A model generated the notes under the pieces. The model saw only the letters and a list, made by a program, of their open reading frames with translations. It made no database searches and was not told where the DNA came from. 64,000 bases of DNA from Geosiphon pyriformis uo1 (taxonomy: Eukaryota; Fungi; Glomeromycota). Numbering within the stretch: the first letter of the stretch is position 1; each line of letters starts with the position of its first letter. Positions 12,920-23,527 of this stretch are shown piece by piece. The position numbers and the translations under genes are program-made. The DNA lies in the NCBI GenBank assembly GCA_016748015.1, contig JAAOMT010000512.1, positions 1,150,719-1,214,718 of the forward strand, read 5' to 3'.

Positions 12920-15200
12920 TTATAATGGATCTCTTATGCACTCAGGCTGTACAAGCCCCTTACCAAATTTTGAAATCATCCACAAAAAGACTCCGTTAGT
13001 CCAACCAAAACCAGTTTGGACTACATACTCACCGCCACCACCAGGCGTTGTAACATTCGTCGAATTATACTCTAGATAAAAAAATTAGAACCCGTAAAAA
13101 TCTTTTTCAAAAAAAATACGGAAAAAAAGTAAACCTACTTTCAAAGATATGACCACTATCCATAATTGTTTCGTTATTGGGCCCAATAATATCAGAGAAT
13201 TGGCCACCAGTAAAAACCCATGCACAAAAAACAGAAGAAACAAATCTTTGCGCTACCGATTGGGTGATTTGTGTGAAAATATTTTCAGAGTCATTTATTT
13301 GCTTGTTCAAATGGGATTTATTAGCTTCTGAGGAAGCCGAGTTCTGAAAATTGTTTGGTCGATTCAAAGAATAGATTTCATCCACGTTTATTAGCCCTTT
13401 AATAACCGCATATTGAAGGGGAGGCCAAGCATTAGGGAAATCCCACTGTAAACCGGTTGGTATTTCGGTAGCAGGAAGTGACCCAGGATATCTATCCAGA
13501 AGATACTGAATCCAAGAAAATGATTTCTCTGCTGCTGTCCGATTTTGCAAAATCTCCTCAGGGAAAACTCGAGCCCTGTTGTAGAAGAAACTCTAGTTTT
13601 ATCAACAATTTCAAATAAAATGTATTTTTCCAAAAAATTTTCCTACCAAAATGGAAAAAAGCCAGCTAGCGATTCAACTGCTGTATGATGTCCACTTGTT
13701 AAATTAAAGTCCCAAAAACGCAAATTTTTAGAGTCCCAATGTACAGCGATTATGGCCTCATGACGGCGAGTGGCCATAGTTCGGAATGATTTTGCTAACT
13801 TTAGGAGTCCAACTTCTTCATGAAATTGAGCCAGAGAAACTTCATTCATGTACAAAATGGAATTCAAGTCAACGGGGATAATTGATCGGGTATTTAGATG
13901 TCGTAAAAGTCCAATATTATTTTGGTTCTCATCGAATTGGTTGGTTTTAATTAATGTACAATGATCATGGAAAGCTTGCGCATGAATCCAGCGGGAAGAA
14001 AAATCCCATCCAGACTCGGTCGCAGATGCTATGTTTCCATATAATGTTGCTTTTTCTGTCTCATTCAACCAAGTTGCTTTTTCGACCGTATAATAATCTT
14101 CTTGGTAGCTTTCCGGCCGTGGACTCGAGTTTTGGACGTTGTAGCGATTCAAAGTGTAAAAGTTTACGGTAACACAATTTTTCTCCAGCTTTTTTACAGG
14201 AACCCGAACTGAAGAATTCTTGCGCCAATATTCATATTCTCGGCGTAAAACGGGTAATAATTGATTAAGAAATTTAAGATCTTTAGTAGCTTCGTAGTAT
14301 ATCTTTACAATTTGGGTTAGTAATGGGGGCATGGATCGATTTAAATAGTAAGCTCTATTGCCGTTTGCTAGGATAAAATTATTTTAAGATCGAGTTGAAA
14401 GATAATGGTTTCTTGAGATATTAAAATGATATTTGTTCACTTACGTACAAAGCCAAACCTATTAACCATCTCGGAAAGATTTTCAATAGTGTTCCTAGCC
14501 ATTTCATGCAATCCACTCACCAAAAGGCCTTCCACAACAAAGTAAGAATCCCAATAATACATTTCTCGAAATCTTCCTCCTGGTACGATAAAACTGTAAT
14601 TCAGTGGAATCAAACTGGTTGAACATCCTTCGCATAAATTGCTCAGGTCCGTTTTTCTGGTTAGATTTTGCCAGTACCCATGTACAATACCGGAAAACTT
14701 TTTCAAAACAGGGACAGTTATCTCATTGTCCAAAGATAAAGGATTAAACTGTAGTATAGGGGCGGCAATCAGGTCGTGACCTTCCTCACTGAAATAAGTG
14801 TCGACAAAATTTTCCAGAACTGAAGCGGAAGCGTTTTTTGGTAATTTAGAAAAGGCAATGAGTACTTCTTCCTGTGGCCTTTTCGTCGGCTTTTAATATG
14901 AAAAATGAGACAATAATTGAAATTTGAATTTTCAGCATATACAACCTAAAATTTTATTTCTGGTAGAATCAACGTTCATACCCTATCGACAAATGTCTTT
15001 GAGTCTTTAAATATACTTGATAACTGAATAGTTTTCAAAGGGGATCCACGACAATAAATAGGTGTGTCACATCCCAAAACTCCTTCATTTTTGAGGTTAT
15101 TTTGGTCTACTCGTATAGATATGATTTCAAAAGTGTAGAAACAAAGAAAAATATGAAAAAATGATTGAGGAAATAGTAGGTAATTTTTCCGTAATCTCAT
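12920..15200 (-). CDS. Alpha,alpha-trehalase, glycoside hydrolase family 37, probably secreted or membrane-anchored
   Basis: [69 protein letters not shown] and [17 protein letters not shown] motifs; N-terminal hydrophobic stretch; stop TAA at 12922-12920. Confidence 0.96.
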
Positions 15201-15917
15201 CTTTATTTTTGAGGTCTGTTGATTGCGTAGGGAAACTCTGAATTCTTTTCAAATATGAAGAAAAAGTGGCGCTGAAGATAGTTTTTAAATTTATTTTAAT
15301 ATTGGTAAAAAATGATACCATCAATAAGGGGTGGGGTGGGGTGGGATAGTTCCCGTTCCATCAACCGCTCTATCCCGTCTAGGGCAGATTTGATGTTCCA
15401 TATTAGTCTCAATAATTTTATGATTTGGCCACGCGGATGCAGGACAGTGCATTTTTTTCCGATCAGCAAATACATTACTCTAAAATAACAATAATAGCAT
15501 GTATTATGTAATGTATATATAAAATGTAAAAAGATCTTTTGGGTCACAAACCATTTAAAAATTAGGAACTGTAAAATATTTTAATGATGGAGGTAGATTA
15601 ATGACCTCATTTGGTCGAAAGCCTCATCTAGTCTCTAGAACGAAAAAACTGAACTCCGAAAAATATGCGATTGGCTTCAAGTCAGATGTAATTTTGATGA
15701 TGAAATGAACTTTTATATAGAAGAAAAAAATTTTAAATTTGGTTAATCTAAAGTGTGGAGATTCAGAATCAAAAATGCTCTATCCATGAAATGAAAGAAG
15801 ATTTTTACCACAACTTACCCACTCCAATTAATAAGTAAACTTTATTGTTAAAATATAATTTTAAAAATCACTTTCTAGAGATTGGATTAGCTTATTCATA
15901 TTTGAATGAGTCAACAT

Positions 15918-15971
15918 TTGTTTACTTGTTTGCTTGTTTGCTTGTTTGTTTGGTTGTTTGGTTGTTTGTTG
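15918..15971. repeat. Imperfect (TTG[T/C/G])n simple repeat
   Basis: tgtttacttgtttgcttgtttgcttgtttgtttggttgtttggttgtttgttg. Confidence 0.8.
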
Positions 15972-17784
15972 ATTATTAATATTCACTTACCCGGTTGTTG
16001 TAATATGTTTTCCTTTCTCTTTAATTAATAAATAAATTACTTGAAAAAATAAGAGTCATCAAAATAGACTCCTTTTTGTTCCAGAGAGAAACTAACTATA
16101 CAAAAACACGATTGCATATTAGCACAGTAAAAATCCTGTGATATTCATGATCTTATTTGTCATTTTTAATCTAGATTTAGTTATCATCAAGCTTTTACAT
16201 CTATTTCCGGAAACAGAATGAGAAATCTGGGGTATTTTCTCTAAAATGGTCTTGTGTTTTTGAAATGTATTCTTTACTTTGTAATCTTGTTAAAAACTTT
16301 CTACATTTTTTCGACTCCTTTAAAACATCGGACTCCTTGAAAACATAGTTGTACACCTGACCAAATATTTCCTCAATCAGAATATTCAATGTTGAGTGAC
16401 GAGTCATGCGAACGTTTCAAATCTGTATTATTATTATTATTCTCACGATGTAGTAAAGCTTAAGGGGATGATCATAGATAAATTCTAAATGTGGATAAAA
16501 ATTAACAAAAAGATTCCACTATAAAACAATTCTTAATCCGAATTAATTCACCAAAAAAATTCAAAAGAATGGTTTGAACTTTTAATTTGGTTTTTTTTAT
16601 AGCAAATAACAGAGTAAAAAACAAATTTTTACATCCCAAGGTTACTGTCTTTAAATGTAAAAGGTGAATATAGAAAGAAAATCCAAGAAGTTTTTTGAAG
16701 TTGTGACCCCTTTTTTGGGAAAAAACTTTCGATTATAACAAGTTCTATTTATTATAGAAAACAAAGAACATATCCCTCTTTTAAAATTTATTAATTCACA
16801 GTCAAAAAAAAATTATATCTTTGAATTAATAAGTATAATTTGTCAATAAAACTGGGTATATTATAAAATAATGAATAATTGTAATTCATTATCTTGTTGT
16901 ATTAATCTTTTGTCTCTGATTGATTATTCTTCTTAAATGTAACAAGAATTTTCCAAAATAACTGAATATCTTTCACCAAGCTTTTGTAATAATAATATTA
17001 TTAGATATAAATTTATTATTTAAAATGATAAAATTTTTTTAAAAAAACAGTTTATAATTAAACACAAAATTAAAAAGTTGTTATTTAAAAGATAATATCT
17101 TTTTTTTTTGGACAACATTATCCCAAAAATTAAGTTTGAAAAAAATAATAATTAAAAATAATTTTTTTGTTTTGTTTTACTATTTGAAATATGTTTATAA
17201 AAAACACTTAAATATGTTCACAATACTGTTATATTTACATAATTTTGTTTTCAAAAAAAAAAAAGAAAATTAGCAATTAACAATATTATTAACATTAATA
17301 TTTTGTAAATCATACATATTATTTCCAACTTTATAATTTTTATTTAGCTGATGAAAAACTTAAAATTTCTTTAAGGTAGATTGTATGCTAAATATCTTTG
17401 ACTATTATTTTTATTTTTATTTTTTTTGGTTAGATAAATATGAAAAAAAAAATTTATTTTATAGAATCCCATGAAACATTGATGTCATTTCTTGAGAAAA
17501 AAATCTTTTCATTGTAAGCCCGAGTTCGGGATAATTTTTCTCAGTTTTGATAATTAATTTTTTGTCTAAAGTAATGTGATCAGAATATTTTAATTTTCCC
17601 CGATCTGACTCCGAAAGAAAAATTTTCAACTAAATTACTATGATCTACAATCATATAGACTTGCTGAAACAAGATAAGAAATACTGGTTTGAGAATTGGT
17701 TATAAACAAAAATAAATTCTTTCAAGTTTTTATAATTTATCAAGAACCAAATTTTAATAATTTTGAAAAAAATTTTTAAAAAAA

Positions 17785-18546
17785 ATGCCTTCCTCGATCC
17801 CATTTTTTTTAGAACGAAGAAATTCTTTCAGTTTAAAACTTTTATTTTTTTGTTTTATTTTTTTCCTTTCACTATTACTTCCAACCCAAATTGATTGCAA
17901 AAAAAAATCAAATGATTTTTCATTTGATGAAAAACAAAAATCTGAATCTTCTGAATCTGATAATAATAATAAGTCCATTTCCTCTACAACATTAACAACA
18001 TCTGATGGAGATATTATAATTCAAAATACTAGTTCGGTTTCAAGTTCAATTTCGACTCAAACTACTTCAACTACGACAAATCAAATACAATCTTTTACTA
18101 GTACTTCCAACACACAAGAGAATCCATCTACGATCACAACTGTACAGTCTACTACTTTAAGGATAACAACTGGGTCAACTTTAACCATTACAGCCTCGGC
18201 AATTGGTTCTTTAACTAATACTCCTGCTCCTGGAAATCAAAATGGTGGTTTAACTGTCAATAGTTTGAATATCAAATCTACAGGTTCCAAGACGGATAGT
18301 TCGAGTACTGAAATAGGCAATTTGCGCGAAAATAATGTAACAAGAAGCACCAATACAACAACAATTTTTAACACAATTTCACCCAACTATGAACCTGTTA
18401 CCACTACAATTAATAATGTACCAACTGTTATAATAAATACTGGAAGTGAACGAATTCATAAAAAGACGCTTAAGTTTAACTTGATAAATTGTATTTTCGT
18501 AATTTTCTTTTTGCAAACTTGGATAAATTCTTTATTTAAATTTTGA
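17785..18546 (+). CDS. Ser/Thr-rich secreted or cell-surface protein, possibly GPI-anchored
   Basis: 253-aa ORF: hydrophobic signal LLFFCFIFFLSLLLPTQIDC, mucin-like S/T-rich body with several NxS/T sites, hydrophobic C-terminus. Confidence 0.8.
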   Translation: MPSSIPFFLERRNSFSLKLLFFCFIFFLSLLLPTQIDCKKKSNDFSFDEKQKSESSESDNNNKSISSTTLTTSDGDIIIQNTSSVSSSISTQTTSTTTNQIQSFTSTSNTQENPSTITTVQSTTLRITTGSTLTITASAIGSLTNTPAPGNQNGGLTVNSLNIKSTGSKTDSSSTEIGNLRENNVTRSTNTTTIFNTISPNYEPVTTTINNVPTVIINTGSERIHKKTLKFNLINCIFVIFFLQTWINSLFKF

Positions 18547-18836
18547 GAAATGCTAGTCTTTTAATCATAAATAGAGTCTTGTATTTTTTTTGTATTATTA
18601 GTGTATATGTATTTTTGATTCCTTTTTTAATATTTGGAGATTTGTTTAATCATCATTAGGTAAAGAAAAATATATAATCCTTATTCAGGTAAATAAGGTT
18701 CTCAAAAGTAGCTGTTTTTAACTTTGAAAATTTTAAAATATATCCTTGGATTTCTTCAAGAATTGATGAGTCGATTCAAGCCAATTGATTTCATTCTTTC
18801 TCAAGGGATCTCATATTATTCTTATTAGAATTTTTT

Positions 18837-18871
18837 TTGAATTGAATTGAATTGAATTGAATTGAATTGAA
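18837..18871. repeat. (TTGAA)7 microsatellite
   Basis: Perfect pentanucleotide array. Confidence 0.95.
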
Positions 18872-20045
18872 TACATGAATGATCGTCGTTTAAATCATTT
18901 TCATCAAAAAAAAAACTCTCGATAAATTCGATACTAATCTCTTTTTTACACTTTTAACTCAGTATCGATTTTATTAAGGTAAGAAGTTATAGCTTCGATT
19001 TGGATTTGCCGAATTAATTTCATTACGATTGAAATTCTTTTTTGGTCATAATGATTACATTAAAGACGGTATATGGCTGAAAATAATCTTGACATATATA
19101 CGCCTACCTTGTAACACTAGAAAATCGGAGAATTGAGTAGAATGAGGCCCTGAAAACGTCATCGGAGGCGGATAAATTAAATATGCTAAAAGAAATCAAG
19201 GATAAAATAAATGTCCGGACGTTTCAAATTCTTTCATTATACATCTACCAAACCTGTTGGGAACAAGCGATTTTTTGATAGTAGAAAAAGAAGTGGTATT
19301 AAATCAACCCTCCCAATTTTTTCTTCAACTATTTCATTATAAAAAAATAATAAAATTAAGGATTTTCTTTTATTTTTTTTTAACTAAAATAAAAATATTT
19401 TATATGAAATTTAAATAATAAAAATTTAATGATTCCTATATTATATTTTCAATAGATTATAAATTTGAGTGTAGAGAATTGTTTTTTCGTTAACAACTTT
19501 CAAAAAAAAAAAAATCCTCCCAATTTAAAAATTTTTCTCAAGCTTATTTTTAAGAAGCAAATAAAAGTCCAAGAATAGAATCGGAATTTAATGTATCATA
19601 TTTTAATAGAATTGGACTTGAAAAATGTGTAATAACAACAACAACAACAACATAAATAACCAAATCTTTAAATGAAAATATCTTTCTATATGTTCATGGT
19701 TCCATTTGTGTTTGCAAGACGGATAAAAATAAAATATTAAGGTTACATCTAGGTCAAAGATGTTTCTGTTAAACAATCATTTTGAATTGAAAATTTTTTA
19801 CATGAGAATTTTAATAGGGTACGATATAATAATTCTCTATTTTCATGATTATTTCTATAATCAGTTCTTTAAGTCATTTTAGACTTTTTCTCATATTTTT
19901 GAATTCTATAATTTTTATGTTTTCCCATAAATTTAACTGGCAATTTTAAACATGACATAAATATTTTCTGAAACAGCAGTTCTTAAATGTCCATTTTCGT
20001 TCCCTACCAATGCCTTATAATTTATTTTTGGTTTTTTTTTTTCAG

Positions 20046-20974
20046 AGGCATCTTCTCGAAATCCAGAATCCAGAGTTGGACATCGTTTAGCCAGTAAGTT
20101 ATTAATTAGGTTGCATAAATAATTTTCCTCGTAAATCTAAAAAAAATACAATATTCATGTTTGGTGGAGGTCCAAGTCTTGAAAATTAATATGCCGATAA
20201 TTTTTTCATTTTGTCGCAAATACCCATTCAACATTAATGAAGTTTCATGGACAGAATTAAACACCACGAATGCTAAAAACGTTTGAAGCTCGGCATGTGT
20301 GTTATTGCAGTTGTATGATCATGTCACTTATATTTTGGTAATTGGAGGGGAAATCAACTCAAAAGATATCTCCTATTCTGGGATTCCAAGTTTATAATGT
20401 GGCAAAAAAAGATTTGGAACCAACCATCATTGCTAAAACAATTTCTTCTACCGAGGAGTTTACGAGAATTGATGAATAAACCAAGGGTTGTAGTTCAGCA
20501 ACAAATTTTTTTGTTTGTATGGGGTGGGCAACAAAGATCAAAATTGACTTCCTCATCCAAAATCGCTTGGATTTTTGATATGACTCAAAAAAATAAATGG
20601 ATTTGGAAGGATTTTTTACGCCGAAACGGGTAATTTTTAAATTCCGGCTTTATCCCATATATGAATTGTTTGCATTACGAAATAATTTTATTATCTTAAT
20701 TATTACATACAAAAAGCCCGATTCGGTGGATCGCAACAAAAAGCCCTTCAATTCAGAAATCATCAACCAACTCTTGTCGATGTTAACGTGGAATAGAGGA
20801 GAAATTGAAAGTGCTGTAACTTATATGCAAAATTCTGATATTATAGTGGTATGTTTAAAATTTTTGGTTTTGATCCTGGGAACAGGTTTATGGTTTCGAG
20901 GCAAAAAAAAAAAAAAAGAGTTGGAATATACGAAAAATAATTGGCCTTCCACAGACAGTTTTCTCCAAGATTAA
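20046..20974 (+). pseudogene. Pseudogenised kelch-like ectodomain plus TM gene, paralogue of the downstream receptor kinase; no kinase domain seen
   Basis: Across stops and frameshifts it reads KNTIFMFGGG..*..PFNINEVSWTELNTTNAKNV*SSACV...YILVIGGE...YSGIQVYNVAKKIW...KPRV...FVWGG...IAWIFD...KWIWKD. This is colinear with PFNTYQIPWQALDVANAINVQNAACV...YIIIIGGQ...YLGFQIYDVIRNEW...KPRI...VIW...LAWML...RWVWKN at 24.2-24.7 kb. It is followed by TM IIVVCLKFLVLILGTGLWF-RGKKKKK. Confidence 0.8.
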
Positions 20975-21299
20975 TTTTATTGATCAAAATTAATTTTTAG
21001 TTACTTTTATCTAGTTGAATATATGCTGTTCACTTCATATAGGATTTATTTTTTATTTTTGAATTAAAAAAACATCTTTGTAAAACTCTGCTGTGTTTGG
21101 TTCTGATTAATTAAAACATAAAAGTATTTTGGTTTTTTATTTTAAACAGTTAATTGATTTATTAGAAACCTGATATATCTTCAAATTGTAAACAATCATT
21201 TAATAAGGCTCAAAACAATTTTCACATGCATCCAAATCATTATTTGTTATATCGATTCTATTGTTTATTTCCCATTTTCAATTTTTTTTTCATTTGACT

Positions 21300-22750
21300 G
21301 TTATTAATCTGAAAAATATAATAATATTAAAGCTAAAAACCAGTTTTTTTCATGATATGTTGTTTGTATATGTGTGTTGTGCACATCTTATTAAATTTTA
21401 GGTTTGAATTTTAGTTTGAGAAAAAAAGTTTTGGCTTTTTAATAAATAAGACTGAAATCAAGACAAAAAAATTATTATGTATTTTTAATACTTATTTTGT
21501 CACAATTATAAATGATAAAAATATTTTTAAATGTAATAAATTTAAAGAAAAAAAAAATAGTAAAAATTTAATTTAAGAGTCATAAATAATGTATAGATAT
21601 GTTTTTTTAAAAATATTATTAAAGCAAATTAATCTGTTTTTTTTTTACTTAGCATACTTTATTTATTTTTTATTAGTTCTTTTTTTATATATTGGATAAA
21701 TCTACATCTTTAAATTTCTTATTAACTTTTCTGTTTTCCTTTTTTTTTTTTTGAATATAATTGAGCAAGAATTTTATTATACATTTTTTTTTTGTATTTT
21801 GCTTATTGTTAATTTTTTGCTTAATATTGTTTTTATATGTAACAAATAAATATAATATTAATAGTAAAAATATTTTTAGCCACCTTTTAAGCTGTGATAA
21901 TAAAAGTTGATGTATTATTTTCTGAGTGAACCACAATAATTTTAGTGTCATTGAGATCGAAAATTTGTTCAAGAAGATCATACGTAAAGCAACAAAATCA
22001 GTTACAATAAGCAATCACAAACCTGTTCAATTGAAAAAAAAACCATCAAGATAATATTTACACAAAATTGGCTTATTTTGACTAAATTTAACGTATTAAA
22101 TATAAATTAGATTTCTAATTTAATTTAATAAACAAGCTTTGGGTCCATTCATATAAGGTTTTATATAAAAAGCAATATAAATGTAAACAGTATATGGATT
22201 ACCTGTGTAGTAAAGCCTGATCTCTTGAAATTGATATTACTAGTCACAAAGGTGATAATATTGTGGGAGGAAAGCTGTTTGAGATAATTTTTTGTTGTTT
22301 AAGGTTCTGAAACTTGAGGCTTGTGCATAAATGTAACCACAGGCTGGAGTGGAAAATGAAACATAGAATAAAATAGTGGGAATGGTAGCTTCAAATGAAA
22401 TATAACTGAACACCACCTAAATTATGTGTAGCTTTAATTTTTCCCTGAACATGTCAACAACGAAGTGTTTTAAAGGAAACTCCAGATTGTTTAGATGCTT
22501 GATAGATAGACAGAAAGAAAGAAAGAAGAGTCGTTATGAAGACTGTTATTTGAGAAAATAAAAAAAGCAGAGGATTCAAAATACAAGTATTTATTTACAA
22601 TTTTTACATACTTTTACAGCTAGCAGAACTTGGTAGAAGACTTTCGTAGCTCTATTGACTACGCAGACCTCTTACGCGAAGGTTTACTACGAAAAGATTT
22701 TATTCAAAGTCACATACCAATAGTCTAGTCATGCGATAATTAGTTTTTTA
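21300..22750 (-). mobile_element. Decayed IS607-family element: TnpA serine recombinase plus TnpB/Fanzor2-like nuclease relic
   Basis: Minus strand, in order: MerR-type HTH QASKQSGVSFKTLRC*HVQGKIKATHNLGG (22501-22410); GYIYAQASS (catalytic YARVSS, 22338-22312); IITFVTSNINFKRSGF (DxxSGxNFKRxG, about 22260-22212); VIAYCN*FCCFTYDLLEQIF...TKIIVVH (AYRDRLxRF, about 22018-21930); *KVAKNIFTINIIFIC (QELAEDLxxIxxVF). Then an overlapping frame RNLKM*IYP (KxRIYP, TnpB/Fanzor N-terminus, 21710-21693). Ends are approximate. Confidence 0.85.
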
Positions 22751-23527
22751 CAATGTGCCGCGGTAATTACATTAAATCTCTCTTGATAACAGTTAATGGT
22801 ATCCATGTTAATATAATTGTTATATGTCCTATTGAATATTAATTACTTGTTCGAAAGAGTATGTTTATCAATTATCGATTTATTAATATTAGTAGAACCA
22901 CGTGGCATACAAATTTCTCATGGTAACCTCACCCGATGTTTAAAAATAACATGTTGAATTAAAAATTTTTAAGTTAATTTTTATCTTTTATCAAGGTTTC
23001 TCAATTTTTTTTACCAAATACTATTTTAAATTCCCTATCATTTCTAAATATGACCAATTGTAATTAAATTACTTTACATATTAGTCAATTATGCTTAGTC
23101 TTTTGACTCTGAATTTATCTTAATAATCATTTGATCTATGCAGACAAAAAATTTTATTTTTATTTTCTTAGTTTCAACATTAAAGAAATACATCATGTTT
23201 TGGAGTCGGGTTTTTTTCCGAGTAGCCACCTTACACATATTTCAATAAAAAGGCCGATTCTTTATTGTCTAAATCGGGAATTTCTCCAATTTTGAAAATT
23301 AGAGAAATAAAAAATTAATGTACACGGATTTTGCTTTTTTAAAAAAAAACTGATTTTTTTAAGTTTTGTGCGAATTAATCAAGATACTTGCAGTATTTGA
23401 GATTAAAATAAGTTTTTCCCTGTGCCTACACATTTAGGCGATTCTTTAATTATTTTTACAAAATTTAGAAATACTAATAATAATAAAAAGTAACTTCTAT
23501 TCAGCATTCTGTGCGAGTGGATAATTT

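Noticed and set aside
16201-16407. 68-aa ORF with a faintly F-box-like start (LNILIEEIFGQVYNY)
   Set aside because: Too short and no further motif; cannot be supported.
21685-22014. 109-aa ORF in the ORF track
   Set aside because: Mostly an off-frame reading of the IS607 TnpA relic, not an independent gene.
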